Source of the DNA: Eledone cirrhosa
Taxonomy: Eukaryota
Assembly (NCBI GenBank): GCA_964016885.1
Contig: OZ024762.1
Location: 7,626,001 to 7,690,000, forward strand
Length of the DNA: 64,000 nt
Reading direction: 5' to 3'
Below the pieces are notes generated by a model. It did no database searches, had not been told where the DNA came from, and worked only from the letters and a program-made list of their open reading frames with translations. Position numbers and translations under genes: made by a program. Of the stretch, positions 26,863-39,459 are shown in pieces (within the stretch, counting starts at the first letter, position 1; each line of letters starts with the position of its first letter).

Positions 26863-28420
26863 GATGGAATTATTGGAAATATAGAAGAAGAGGAACAACA
26901 ATTAAACACCAGTGGAATAACGACGATGATAATAAACTAAATTATTTGCTGTTGTACCCTAAATTATTGACTTGTCTTGTAGGAGGAACCGACTGCTAAT
27001 CATATGATGAAATATCGTAATTTCTCGTTCTCCTTTTTCTCGCTACTGCGTGAATTCGCTTGCTTCTCGTTGAGGCAACATTAAAGATGAATATAGTAAT
27101 AGTTAATTTAATTTTGAAGATTATTTTATGATACTGATTATATAATTAGAAATAGAAAATGCAGAAATTAAAAAAAATATCTGTTGTATATATATTTAGT
27201 AAATTATAATTTTCTTTTTGTTTTTGTTTTTTCAAGGTAAGTAGGGGAGACAACTCTGACTGTGATTCGGTATTTGGTTAGTCAGAAGCTGGTGACAGTG
27301 CTTCGTTGTTTCAGCACCTTAGTCACGCGATCACCTGGCCTTACAGAGATGTCAGGTGACACTCCTGGCGAGAGCCCTTGATTGTTTCAGCACCTTAACC
27401 ACGCCATCATCCAGCCTTACCGAGGTGTCAGGTGATTCTCCTGGTGCGAGGGTACTTGGTTGTTTCAGCACCTTAGCCACACCATCACCCATGGCAAAAC
27501 TGCCAGCGTGTTAAGTTGTTTCAAAAATGTCCACTTAATGTTTAATTGATGTGATTATATACTTTTGTGAGTTCAAATCCCGCCGAGGTTAGCTTTGCCT
27601 TTTATCCTTACGGAGTCGATAAAATAAAGCACCAGTAATGTACTAGGTCATTTAATCGACTTTCCTCTCCCCTTCAATTTGCTGACCTTGTGTCTATAGT
27701 AAAAACAAGTATATTTGTGAGGTTCTTTGCAATAGTCAATTGTATTTATTATAAGTGTTTATATTTTCATTCTGTAAGAACAATAAACAATTTGTAATGT
27801 CTCATTGAACAATAATGAGAAAGAAGTGTGGGGTGGCGGGGATCTGGTGCATCTCACATCTTAGAGGTTAACTAAATACTTTGAGGCAAGTCAACACGAT
27901 CGCAGCATTGTCACGGGTGATGGCGAGGCTAAAGCACTGAAATAACCAGGTACCCTCACGGGAATCACCTGACACCTCAGTAAGGTGAGTCGCCAGTGAT
28001 GACAGGAACGTCGCTGTCAACGGCCCAACTCCACGAAACATCTCGAACGCCACAGGATGGAAAAAATAATTATAGTTAGTTGAATGGGGGGAAAAAAAAT
28101 TGTAATATTATTTATACAACTGTAAATAAAACACTTTTTGTTTAATATTTTGTGGATACGAAACTATAATAAGCAGCCGCCATAGTAGTGGTAAATTCTC
28201 TTTCGTATTTTCTGCTGTACTAATAAAGATTAAAAAAAAAGATCTGACCTCCCCAAACACATAAAAACATCAAAAATAAATAAACTAAATTAAATGGGAA
28301 GGAAAAAATAAATTAGAGATTTTTATTTTATTTAAAATCGTATAATTTATTTTTCTGCGGTTCTACAATTATTATTTTTTCGTGTGTGTGTATATGTACC
28401 ATTCTTTTAATTCCGGCAGC
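26863..28420. promoter_or_regulatory. Probable bidirectional promoter region between ATP6V0B and EEF1E1
   Basis: Divergent start codons 1.56 kb apart; YY1-like GCCGCCAT near 28176; CG-containing patch at 27020-27075. Confidence 0.6.
27868..28060 (-). mobile_element. C-terminal fragment of an RLE-type (CRE-like) non-LTR element; inverted degenerate copy at about 27290-27520
   Basis: FE..GVGPLTATFLSSLATHLTEVSGDSREGTWLFQCFSLAITRDNAAIV resembles the 'LFQRLSxAIQRGNA' terminus of CRE-clade ORFs. Confidence 0.7.
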
Positions 28421-28498
28421 ATGGCCGAAGAAAAACACTTGAAGGCTCTTTCCAGCTTTTTACAACGTCCCCTTAAAGCTATTGCCCAAGAAAACAAC
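28421..28498 (+). CDS. EEF1E1: EEF1E1 coding exon 1
   Basis: gcagcATGG start context; donor gtatga; an acceptor-like ttccggcag just upstream suggests an extra 5'UTR exon. Confidence 0.8.
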
Positions 28499-28771
28499 GT
28501 ATGATCTATTATTTTTATCCTTTAATTAACCACAAAGATATATATATATATATATATAAATGAAAAAAATAATCATTCATTTACATGTTTCTATCAACCA
28601 CAGTTGTATCATCAACTCATAATTTACCATATATATATAGGAAATGAGTCAGGATCCCGACGGCTGAGCTCCGGCCGCTAGATCTGAACTGCTGAAGCTC
28701 TGCCGTCGGGGTCCTAAGTATCGAGTACTCTGGTGCGTTATGGTCCATCTGGTTTTTTACCACACTTTCTT

Positions 28772-28821
<50 letters not shown>

Positions 28822-28958
28822 GAAACGGGTAAAGTAAATAAATATTCTTAAAAGACTCCAGTTCCATTTTCAATTTCTTTTCCTTAGATTTTTACCCTTA
28901 TGGGACAAAAAAACCCCCAAAACAACCTTACTTTCTTACACACACACATATATATATA

Positions 28959-29001
<43 letters not shown>

Positions 29002-29152
29002 ATATATATATATATGTGTGTGTATATATATATATATGCGTGTGTATGTGTATATATATATCTGTGTGCGTATGTGTATATATATGTGTGTGTATGTGTG
29101 TATATATATATGTGTGTATATATATATGTGTGTGTGTATGTGTATATATATA

Positions 29153-29183
<31 letters not shown>

Positions 29184-30418
29184 TATATATATATATATGT
29201 GTGTATATTTAGAATGTGATTGCATCATCGTGTATAGAAGCGGTTTAGCAATTAAAGAATGCCTTACATATCTCATATACACATGTACGTATGAGTATAT
29301 ATTTCAACATACATAGTAGACGATAATATTAAATATGGATCTCGTTTGAAGAAAATGAAAATATTTCGTTCGATTCACCTGTTTTAAACACGTTCGGATT
29401 AAGGTTCGCTTACGGATCGTGTGTCTGAATGTATGTATATATATATATATATATATCGTGTATATATAAGTAATCCTATATATGTTCACACACACACATA
29501 TATATATATATATACGATATATTAAATGGAAACTATATTTATAAAACCATATTTATTTTATTATATTTTAAGGGCAACCAAGGCAAATTATGGTGCGCTT
29601 TCATCAGATAAAATACAGATTTGTTTTATAAATAAATATTGACATACCCGGAAAAAAAGACAACCTTAACGGTTGGAGCTTTCTGATGAAAGCGCACCAT
29701 AATTTGCCTTGCTTGCCCTTGAAATATATATAAAATAAATATGGTTTTATAAATATAGTTTCCATTTATTAATATATTGTTTATTTACTCCACTAATTGT
29801 TGAGTGCTTTATATCAGTTATAAATTTTTTTAAGCATGTTGAATCCCAACAAATTAAATATAACCTCTGCATATATATATAATATATATAGGGTGTCCCA
29901 AAAGTGTAAAAATGTATCCACACTTTGATTACCTGTACAGGCAATATTTACTAGAATGCTGTTGAAGTGTGAATACATTTTTGGGGGACATGCTGTATAG
30001 TTCACACCTATGTAGGTTTAGCTGGCCTCCTTCTAGGCTGTATCTCATAGGAGGTTTCTCAGATGTTTTAATAATAGGGGGCCCAGTCTTATCGCCTTGG
30101 GTTGTGCCCCTAATAGCTAACTGTTTTTCTCTTGTTACCTCCAGGTTCTTGTTCTGAAGGAAAATGGCCTGAATGTCCAAGGATTTCTGTCTATAGCCAA
30201 ATATCTGACCAGGACATCAAACCAACAAGCTTTATTGGGTAAGTGTCTACACATAACTGGCAATCGTCTTTAACTCCCCCTTTCACTACTACTACTGCTA
30301 CTACTACTACTTTCTCATTGCTTCTTCCTTTTGCTCTTACCTCTCACCTGTCTTGATGATGGTGGCAGTGGTGGTTGTGATGATGATGGTGGGGTGGTGG
30401 TTGTGATTGTGGTGGTTG

Positions 30419-30450
<32 letters not shown>

Positions 30451-33400
30451 ATTGTGATGATGATGATGGTAGTGGTGGTGGTGGTGATAATGATGGTGCT
30501 GCTGGTAGTGGTGGCTGTGATGATGACGGTGGTGGTGGTTGTGATGATGATGGTGGGGTGGTGATTGTGATGATGATGATGGTAGTGGTGGTGGTGGTGA
30601 TAATGATGGTGCTGCTGGTAGTGGTGATTGTGATGATGACAGTGGTGGTGGTTGTGATGATGATGACGATGGTGGTGGTGGTTATGATGATGATGATGTG
30701 TATATGTATTTCTTATTACAGGTAAAACACCAACAGAACAAGCATTTGTTGACCAATGGCTGGAATATATGTCTCTGAATTTTGATACTAAAACCGATAA
30801 ATATTCCTGTCTTCAGGTAGGATGACACCATTACCATATCAAGTTCTCTTTGTTTGGGTTTATTTTTTGGGAATTTTTCAATTCTTTATATCATCAAGGC
30901 TTGGAGAGTTAATTTTCAGATTAACCCTTTCATTACCATATTTCTAATGAGAGACACAGTCTATGTCATTAACCCTTTCATTACCATATTTCTAATGAAA
31001 GACACTGCCTATGTCATTAACCCTTTCATTACCCTATTTCTAATGAAAGACACTACCTATGTCATTAACCCTTTCATTTCCATATTTCTAATGAAAGACA
31101 CTGTCTATGTCATTAACCCTTTCATTACAATATTTCTAGTGTTTGGAGTATCAGCGGGAAAGTGTCACCTGCTGTGTAGTTAGTTACTATGATGATATCT
31201 ATCTATCTGTCTTTCACACACACATTACTTCTTTCTCTCTCTCTCTCAATGTTTCATATGAGAAAAATAATTTTGGTTTACGAACATTTCAGGTGACAAA
31301 CAGCAAATTAAGTTTGTGAAGGGTGTTACCAGTAAAAGACTGAAAGAATATAATATTATAATTTTGTGGTTTTTCTTCATTATTATTTTGTTTTTCACCT
31401 CTAGGATTTGAACTCATATTTATGTGACCGAGTTTTTATGATTGGAAACATTGTCACATTAGCTGACTTGCTGCTGTTCTTTGCCCTACATCAAACTATG
31501 GTGAGTTTTATGGCCCTTCATTAACCCTTTGTTACCATAATTTTAACCCTTTAGTCAGACCTGTCAACTCTCCCCGTCCGACAGGGAGATCTCCTACCCA
31601 CTTTCGGGTGGGTGAGAGATGTCTTCTCTTGTGAAAATAGGGTATAGCTTTCATTATGTAAAATCTCCCCATTTTGGGGCACTCTTTTTCATGGTGTCCC
31701 TGTTTGGGTTTTTAGAGGTTGGTAGGTCATAACTTCAGTAATAAGTGTTATAAGAATCAGTTTTAGAGCCTCCCCCCCCTCCCCAACAATCTTTAGTTTA
31801 TTCAATAACGATTGGCAGATCTGCTTTAGCATTTAAACCAGCTGTATCTGGCCAGAATTCTCTCACCTCTTTCTGTTTAAACTGGCCGTAACCGACTGCT
31901 AATTAAGGTATTGTTCTCAAAATAAATAATATCAAAATCTTGTAGCTTCGATACTATGTGAGATAATTATGTGAGGTAGAACCTTTACCATGAAAATATA
32001 ATAGTATATATAGAGTAATGTAAATGTTATGTGAGATAATTATGTGAGGTAAAACCTTTACCATGAAAATACAATAGTATATATAGAGTAATGTAGATGT
32101 TATGTGAGGTAAAGCCTTTACTGTGAAAATGCAATACTATATATAGACTAATGTAAATGTTATGTGAGATATTATGTGAGGTAAAGCCTTCACTGTGAAA
32201 ATACAATAGTAAATATAAAGTAATGTAAATATTATGTAAAGTAAAGCCCTGTGGATTGGCAGTATCGGTAGAGAGCCGGTTACCATGCTGTGCAGCGTAG
32301 AGTTACGGCCCTTTACGATCTGAGTTCAAATCCTGCCAAGGTTAACATTGCCTTTCATCCTTACGGGATCAATAAAATAAAGTAGGAGTAATGCACAGGG
32401 GTCAAATTAATCGACTTTCCCCTCCCCCCAAAATTGTTGGCCTTGTGCCTAATTCAGAAATCATTATTATTATTATTATTATCTTTAACAGAGTGAATTA
32501 ACATTCCAAGAAAAAGAGAAATTTCTCCATCTTTCTCGATGGTATGATAATGTAAGTATAACACTTCGTGTAATTTGATGGAGGTTTTGGCTGTTGTTTC
32601 TAGCAGGTTCAGTGACCACCTTCTTCTGTTGGCTTCTGTCACTGTAGTTGTTAGTGTTGTTGTTGTTTAATCCCTACCCCAGGTCAGCTTTGCTCAAGCA
32701 GATCTTATGATAAAAGACATTCCAGTGGCAACCATCCAGTCTTTTTCCTATGTACAGGAAGGAAACCCTGGACAACATTATTCTGTGTGTCCTCATCTAT
32801 GAAGATAGTATGATTTGACAGATTTAACTGCTATTTCGGGTGGTTTTTCTGCTAGCATGTGTAGTGTGTATATTGATATTATACACAAATATATATACAT
32901 GTAGATATGTGGAGGCACATGGCTTAGTGGTTAGAGCATTGGCCTTGCAATCAAAAGGTTGTGAGTTCAATTCTCAGACCGGGTGATGTGTTGTTTCCTT
33001 GAGCAAGACACTTTATTTCACATTGCTCCAGTTTACTCAGCTGTAGAAATGAGATGATAGGACTGGGGTCCATATCATTCCACTGCAAAGTGGTCGTGCA
33101 GGTGCCACGGCAAAAAAAAGCACCCAGCACTCACTGTAAATGAGGTTGGTGTTAGGAAGGGCATCCAGCTGTAGAAATCAAGCCAGAATCAGTTCCCGTC
33201 CCACCCTTGCAAGCAGGGAAAAAGCGGACGTAAAATGAAATGAAATGAAATGATATGATACGTAAAATGAAAAGTAAATTGACAATATACACAGAAATTG
33301 AAGAGAGACTGTGTTACACTCTCTTCTGTAATCAGTAACGTAATTCATGATACATTTAACCCTTTAGTGTTCAAACTGGCCAAAACCGGCCAGAATTCTC

Positions 33401-35053
33401 TACCTTTTTCTGTTGAAACTGGCCGTAACTGGTCACTCAAACTGATGTTAAGATATTGTTCTCAAAATAAATACTTTCAAAATCTCATAGATTTGATATT
33501 ATGTGAGATAATTATGAGAGATAAAGCATTTACCATGAAAATATAATTGTTTCTACGTTAGGCACAAGGCCAGCAAATACCCAGTGCATTACTGGTACTT
33601 TATTTTATCGACCCCGTAAGGATGAAAGGCAAAGTCATTGCCAATCCACCGCCCTTTACCATGAAAATATAATGGTATATATAAAGTAATGTGAATGCTA
33701 AGTGTTATGATATAACGGACACTAACTGGAGGTGTAGACATTTGAAAATTTTAAAGGAGTGAATCTTGAAATAAGCAATACATTACTTATATATAAGAAT
33801 CATCATCATCATCATCATCATACGTCCGCTTTTCCCTGTTTGCAAGGGTTGGACAGCATCTCTCCACTTGTCACGGTCCATTATCATCTCCTCGGTGAGT
33901 TTCAGCAATCTGAGGTCTGCTCTCACCACCTCCGCTCATGTTTTTCGTGGACTACCTCTACTGCGTCTTCCCTCCAACTTATTTTAACAACATTTTCAGT
34001 AAAAAATATCCCTGACACAGCCCTGCAGTCCTCCAATCATTATATATTCTTATCATCATTAGGGCGGTGGATTGGCAGTATCGGTAGAGGATCGGACGCC
34101 ATCTTTTGACGCATAGAGTTACGGCCCTTGCCATTCTGAGTCCAAATCCCGCCGAGGTTAACTTTGCCTTTCATCCTTATGGGGTCGATAAAGTAAAGTA
34201 CCAGTAATGCACTGGGTAATTGCTGGCCTTGTGCCAAACGTAGAAACAATTATATATTCTTATCATCATTAAATAGACTAAATGGAAGATTGTTCTTGAT
34301 ATGTGATTGCCTGTGAATGTATGTTTGTGTGTATATATCTTTTCTTTATATATATAAAAGCATGGATGTGTGTGTGTCTGTGTACAACTTTGCATACTTA
34401 GGCTTTTACAATTACCAACTAAATTTGACCAAATTTTCTGTGCACATTGCACAGGTCGCTAAGATTGTTACATCACAAACATTTTTTAAATCGACCCATG
34501 TTGAGCAATAAAAAATCGATATCAAAATTATCGGTAGATAAATTGATGTAAGGGAGATAACATATTTTATTGACAATCCTTATAAAAAAGGGAGATAACC
34601 TTTGCAAGACATACGGGATTGCAGTGATCTATGGGGGGTGTCACCCTTCTGCTATCAGGAGACTTCAGACAGACTCTTCCTATAATACCGAAAGGAACAA
34701 GAGCAGATGCGGTAAATGCATGTCTTAAGTCTTCACCATTGTTGCGACAAGTGACATCATTAAGACTAACTACCAACATGCGTGCAAGATTGCATGGGGA
34801 CCCTCTGTCATCAACAAAAGTAGAAACAATTATTATTATTATTTCATCTTTACGGGGTCGATAAAATAATGTACCAGTAATGCACTGGGATAATTGCTGG
34901 CCTTGTGCCAAAAGTAGAAACAATTATTTATCTAATTAATTATCTCTCTGTTTATCACAATCTTTTGTTTTTCAGCTCCAGTACCAGTACAATTTTGGGG
35001 ATTCTTACAGCCTGTTACACTTCCAGAAGAATTATCTATATGGTTCCAGTTGA
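28421..35053 (+). CDS. EEF1E1: Eukaryotic translation elongation factor 1 epsilon-1 (AIMP3/p18, GST-fold scaffold of the multisynthetase complex); complete spliced CDS, 6 coding exons, 166 aa
   Basis: Exons 28421-28498, 30145-30238, 30722-30816, 31405-31500, 32492-32551, 34976-35053 (501 nt), all GT-AG and in phase. Translation MAEEKHLKALSSFL...GFLSIAKYL...LLGKTPTEQAFVDQWLEY...LQDLNSYLCDRVFMIGNIVTLADLLLFFALH...LTFQEKEKFLHLSRWYDNLQYQ...FQKNYLYGSS* matches AIMP3-type GST-C motifs. Confidence 0.9.
29523..29768. repeat. Inverted repeat with degenerate hammerhead-like motif, EEF1E1 intron
   Basis: About 85-bp arms; CTGATGA at 29683, GAAAtatataTA at 29721; the same outer arm sequence forms another inverted pair at about 24845-25242. 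Confidence 0.8.
29888..30000. mobile_element. Short Tc1/mariner-type MITE
   Basis: tatagggtgtcccaaaa...ttttgggggacatgctgtata inverted termini with TA flanks. Confidence 0.6.
30145..30238 (+). CDS. EEF1E1: EEF1E1 coding exon 2
   Basis: cctccag acceptor; VLVLKENGLNVQGFLSIAKYLTRTSNQQALLG; gtaagt donor. Confidence 0.9.
30722..30816 (+). CDS. EEF1E1: EEF1E1 coding exon 3
   Basis: ttattacag acceptor; GKTPTEQAFVDQWLEYMSLNFDTKTDKYSCLQ; gtagga donor. Confidence 0.92.
30921..31138. repeat. 48-bp minisatellite (about 4.5 copies), each unit starting TTAACCCTTT
   Basis: ttaaccctttcattaccatatttctaatgaaagacactgtctatgtca. Confidence 0.9.
31405..31500 (+). CDS. EEF1E1: EEF1E1 coding exon 4
   Basis: cctctag acceptor; DLNSYLCDRVFMIGNIVTLADLLLFFALHQTM; gtgagt donor. 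Confidence 0.93.
32492..32551 (+). CDS. EEF1E1: EEF1E1 coding exon 5
   Basis: tttaacag acceptor; SELTFQEKEKFLHLSRWYDN; gtaagt donor. Confidence 0.92.
32910..33240 (+). mobile_element. tRNA-derived CORE-type SINE
   Basis: A box TGGCTTAGTGG, B box GAGTTCAATTCT, core ccttgagcaagacactttatttcacattgctccagtttactcagctg. Relatives near 2940-3312 (minus), 8030-8300, 17520-17630 (minus), 35660-36030, 41460-41670 (minus). Confidence 0.85.
34061..34252 (+). mobile_element. Second tRNA-derived SINE family (most abundant in the window)
   Basis: ggattggcagtatcggtagag...gagt(t/c)caaatcccgccgaggttaactttgcctttcatcc...gggtcgataaa...aagtaccagt...gctggccttgtgcc..aa.gtagaaac, (ATT)n tail. Copies near 1-320, 3923-4250, 9950-10250, 15447-15665, 26150-26275, 27567-27710, 32251-32480, 33547-33655, 43658-43840, 46290-46595, 48555-49200, 60783-60960. 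Confidence 0.85.
34610..34810 (+). mobile_element. Helitron RepHel PIF1-type helicase fragment
   Basis: GGVTLLLSGDFRQTLPIIPKGTRADAVNACLKSSPLLRQVTSLRLTTNMRA (GDFRQxLP and LTxNMR motifs); lies in EEF1E1 intron 5. Confidence 0.85.
34976..35053 (+). CDS. EEF1E1: EEF1E1 terminal coding exon
   Basis: tttttcag acceptor; LQYQYNFGDSYSLLHFQKNYLYGSS*. Confidence 0.88.
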   Translation, partial: LQYQYNFGDSYSLLHFQKNYLYGSS

Positions 35054-35239
35054 CCATATCTAACCTGACGACATCTGGCCCCTTCCTTATCCTCCACCTC
35101 ACCCACTCTCACATCTTTACCATAACTGTTAATCACATCCAATGTGACCCCCTCCCCTCCCTCTGCCACGCCCCATCCCTACCCCTACTACTTTTTCCAG
35201 GACCCTCCTGTCTCGGAAATCTTTATAAATGAATGAATT

Positions 35240-35245
35240 AATAAA
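35240..35245 (+). promoter_or_regulatory. Probable EEF1E1 polyadenylation signal
   Basis: AATAAA about 190 nt after the stop codon, followed by a GT/T-rich tract near 35275-35310. Confidence 0.65.
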
Positions 35246-36135
35246 TTAAAAACATATTAAGCTACAGCTAACAGTTTTCTGTTTATTTGATGTTGTTGTG
35301 TTTATCATGATCATCGTTGTCATTTAATGTCCATTTTTTTCCATGCTAGCATGGGTTAGACAAGTTGTCCTGTTGTGAGACAAGCCAGATTTATGTGTCT
35401 ACTTGATGTTGTGGTATTCATCATCATCATCATCAGCACCATCATTTAATGTCCATTTTTTTCATGCTAGCATGGGTTGGACACAAGAGAGGATTTCTGT
35501 CAGATCAGAAGGTGTCCTTTCTACCTCATATTAGTTTTTATTCAGAGTAACTGTTCCCCTAGATGGGTTGCCTTCATTACAGCTTACGGAGCCCACGTCT
35601 GGGTAGGTTTTGTGGGTTTGTAGGTTCCTGTATTTACATTTGCACTGCATAATAAAGCCGTGTGGCCTAGTGGTAAGGGTGTTGGTCTTACGATCATAAG
35701 GTTGTGGGTTCAATTCCTGGGCTGGGTTGTGTGTTGTGTTCTGTGGTGGTGTGGGGTCCAGTGGTAAGGGTGTTGGTCTTACGATCATAAGGTTGTAGGT
35801 TCAATTCCTGGGCTGGGTTGTGTGTTGTGTTCTTGAGCAAAACACTTCATTTCACATTGCTCCAGTATACTCATCTGAAAATAGGTACCTGCAATAGCTG
35901 GGAGTTTAACCCTTTGATGGACTGGCAGCCTGTCCAGAGGGAGTCTTGTACTCTCAGTCACTTCATGCCATGAGACCGGGATAAGTATCGGTCTAATGAG
36001 CCCTAAATGGCTTAAGACAGACTTTAGACTTAGACTCTTAATAACTGGCAATGTTTGTTTCATCATCATCACCACCATTATCATATCACCACCATCATCA
36101 TCATCACCACCACCATCACCATCATCATCATCATC

Positions 36136-36166
<31 letters not shown>

Positions 36167-36473
36167 TCATCATCATCAACACCACCATCATCATTATCAT
36201 CATCATCACCATCATTACCATCATTATCACCACCAACACCATCATCACCTCCATGAGGAGGATGAAGACAAAACAAAACATACAAAAGAAATAAATACAA
36301 AAGTTGATATAATAGGCTAAAATCCCTTGAAAGCAATGCCCGAGCATGGTCACAGTCCAATGACTGAAACCATTAAAACAATAACAAAACCAAAGAACTA
36401 TATTAATATTATTTATTTCAGTATGAAAGTGAGAATAAAATATATTCTAAGGTTACAAAAAAGAATAGGGTTT

Positions 36474-37615
36474 ACCGTATATACTTGAACATAAGCCTAC
36501 CCCTTTATACCATCGATATATATATATATATATATATTGTTATACTTTGGGAGGGTCATGTTGCCAATAAAAACACATGCACCTGTTGGTTTTCACTTGA
36601 ATTTATTACAAACTTCTGCTTGGTTGGTTGGTTCAATAACTAGATGGTTGTTTCTTTATTGTCAAAGCCCTTTTGTCACACATTCTGTGACCTCAGAGAC
36701 TGATTTATTATTTTGTGTCTCTCCTTTGTTCTGTCCTACACCATCTTGTTTTTGTGTGTTGTGTGCTATATATATATTTATATATATATATATATATGCA
36801 AAATAAACCAAAGAATGCTTACATATTCAAACAGTCTTTATTCACTAACAATGTTTCATCCTCACCTTTAGGCAAGAATCATCAGAGCTCAACACATACC
36901 GTGTTGAGTATAAGCTCCGAACTTTACGTAAATAAATATATATATATATATCAAAAGTTTATATTGAGTTAGAAACAGAATAGTCCCTTACAATTGAAAT
37001 AGCTCAAGGAAAATATTTTCCGACCCTTATAATATAATTTACAGATATAAACATATGGGTTCAAATGGTCCCTTATGATTTGAACACATATATGTATATA
37101 TCTGTGTTTATCTCTCTTTAATAAGACCTAAGTGTTTTTTTTGTTGCTTTTGTTTCATGTGGCTGGGCTCACCTGTTGCAGTTTTCAGTTTGTCAAGCTA
37201 TCTAACGTATGTTATTACTCTAAGGTGACACAACCGTATTGAGTGCTTTGCTGCACATTCCTGACTGCATATCGATAGCTTGGCCACAACCAAAACTTCG
37301 ATTTTACTAAACTTCCATTTGTATATATAGGGATCTTATATATTTGATATATATTTATCCTTATCGAGCCCTCTTTGGATTTTAGTCTTCACATTTATTA
37401 TTATTACTCTCTATATATACTCGAATATAAGCAGACCCCACTAGTTTATGTCTGAGAAATGGGTAAAAAATCCAGACCTTATTTATGTAGAATTTTAAGT
37501 TGGTGATGAAATTTGTCAAAATATTGACCCCAGAATGTAAGCTGACTTCTCACCACTTCTACCATCAATTTTTTCGTCTCATATTCCTCGGCTTATATTC
37601 AAATAATATACGGCA
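36474..37615. mobile_element. pogo/Tigger-like non-autonomous element with nested insertions
   Basis: ccgtatatacttgaacataagcc...ggcttatattcaaataatatacgg inverted termini. Confidence 0.55.
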
Positions 37616-37929
37616 TTTATTTAAAACAATTCTGTCCAAGAGGACATGGTTGTTGTTTAGCCCTAGGTCAGATTTGACCATCAAACAGTCATCAAATTGT
37701 TTACCCTTAGGTCAGATTTGACCACCAAAGTCTTCAAGTTGACAGTTTTTTAAAAATGTTTTGTCAAGGTATTAAATGTTCAGTTCCATGTTGACCCTGA
37801 CTGAGCAGCCCAATAATTAAGGGGCGTTCCATGCATGACCGTCTCGTCTTTTATGTACACACATGCATAGATTTTAGATTGTATTATATAAACCCATGCA
37901 AACATACACACATGATTATGTATATACAC

Positions 37930-37975
<46 letters not shown>

Positions 37976-38069
37976 TTATTTATACATACACACACAAATA
38001 TATGTATTTGGTTGAAATTGAGCATGTGAATGAATAAAAAAAATCATTAATTTTTGTTTAATTTGTACA

Positions 38070-38117
<48 letters not shown>

Positions 38118-38178
38118 TATCTATATATCGGTGTACAAATTAAACAAAAATTAATGATTTTTTTTTTATTAATTCACA

Positions 38179-38239
<61 letters not shown>

Positions 38240-38296
38240 TGATATATATATATATATTATATACATATATATATATATGTATATATATATATCTTG

Positions 38297-38328
<32 letters not shown>

Positions 38329-38892
38329 CTTTCTGTCTCTGCCTCTATGTAGCCCCATAATATGCAACAGATTCTCCATCATGCAGTTATTCGATTATGT
38401 ATGTATATTGTGTATATATATTGTGTACATACGTAGAGTATATATCAATACATCTTTATATATTTGGTGTTTTTAATGTAATATAAAAGTGGAGACCAAC
38501 TCGAAATGTTTGTAACCTGTTTAACAGATCCAAGTTTGTGAAACGGGTCATATTTTTTCTCTGCGGTCATCTTAAAATTTAAGATGGAAATAAAGAGAGG
38601 AAAAATTTATAAATTTATGTATAAAAAAAAATATATATATATGTATATATTGACGTCATGAGAAATAACCAGGTAAAGATTATGTTCAAAGGGAGATTAC
38701 TGTACAATATCTTTTTGTTCTTTTCAAGGGAGGGAATTCTTGCAAATCGACACATATCTCCGAGATGGTATATATATATATATATATATATATATAGGTA
38801 AAATTCCGTTATAACGAATACCATTATAACGAATTTTTCAGTGTAACGAAATCTTTTTATACCCCGTGAATTTCGTTATAACGGAATTTCAC

Positions 38893-38928
<36 letters not shown>

Positions 38929-39033
38929 CATACAGGTAAAATTCCGTTATAATGAATACCATTATAACGAATTTTTCAGTGTAAGAGAAATCTTTTTATA
39001 TCCCGTGAATTTCGTTCTAACGGAATTTCACTA

Positions 39034-39078
<45 letters not shown>

Positions 39079-39226
39079 CTCTGGGGTCTCTCCTCATCTG
39101 AGTGCTCAAGCTACAGACCGATTATGCATATCCGCTAGCTTGACCGTATTCTAAAGCTTCGTCAATGCTGTACTAAAATCTCTCTCTCTCTATATATATA
39201 TGTATGTATATATATATATATATGTA

Positions 39227-39459
<233 letters not shown>

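Noticed and set aside
32910-32985. tRNA gene (Cys-like anticodon loop)
   Set aside because: No acceptor-stem closure; it runs directly into the SINE core and recurs with the same body, so it is a SINE head.
34610-34864. Host PIF1 helicase exon
   Set aside because: Isolated fragment with Helitron-type spacing, truncated by a SINE, inside an EEF1E1 intron, with no other exons.
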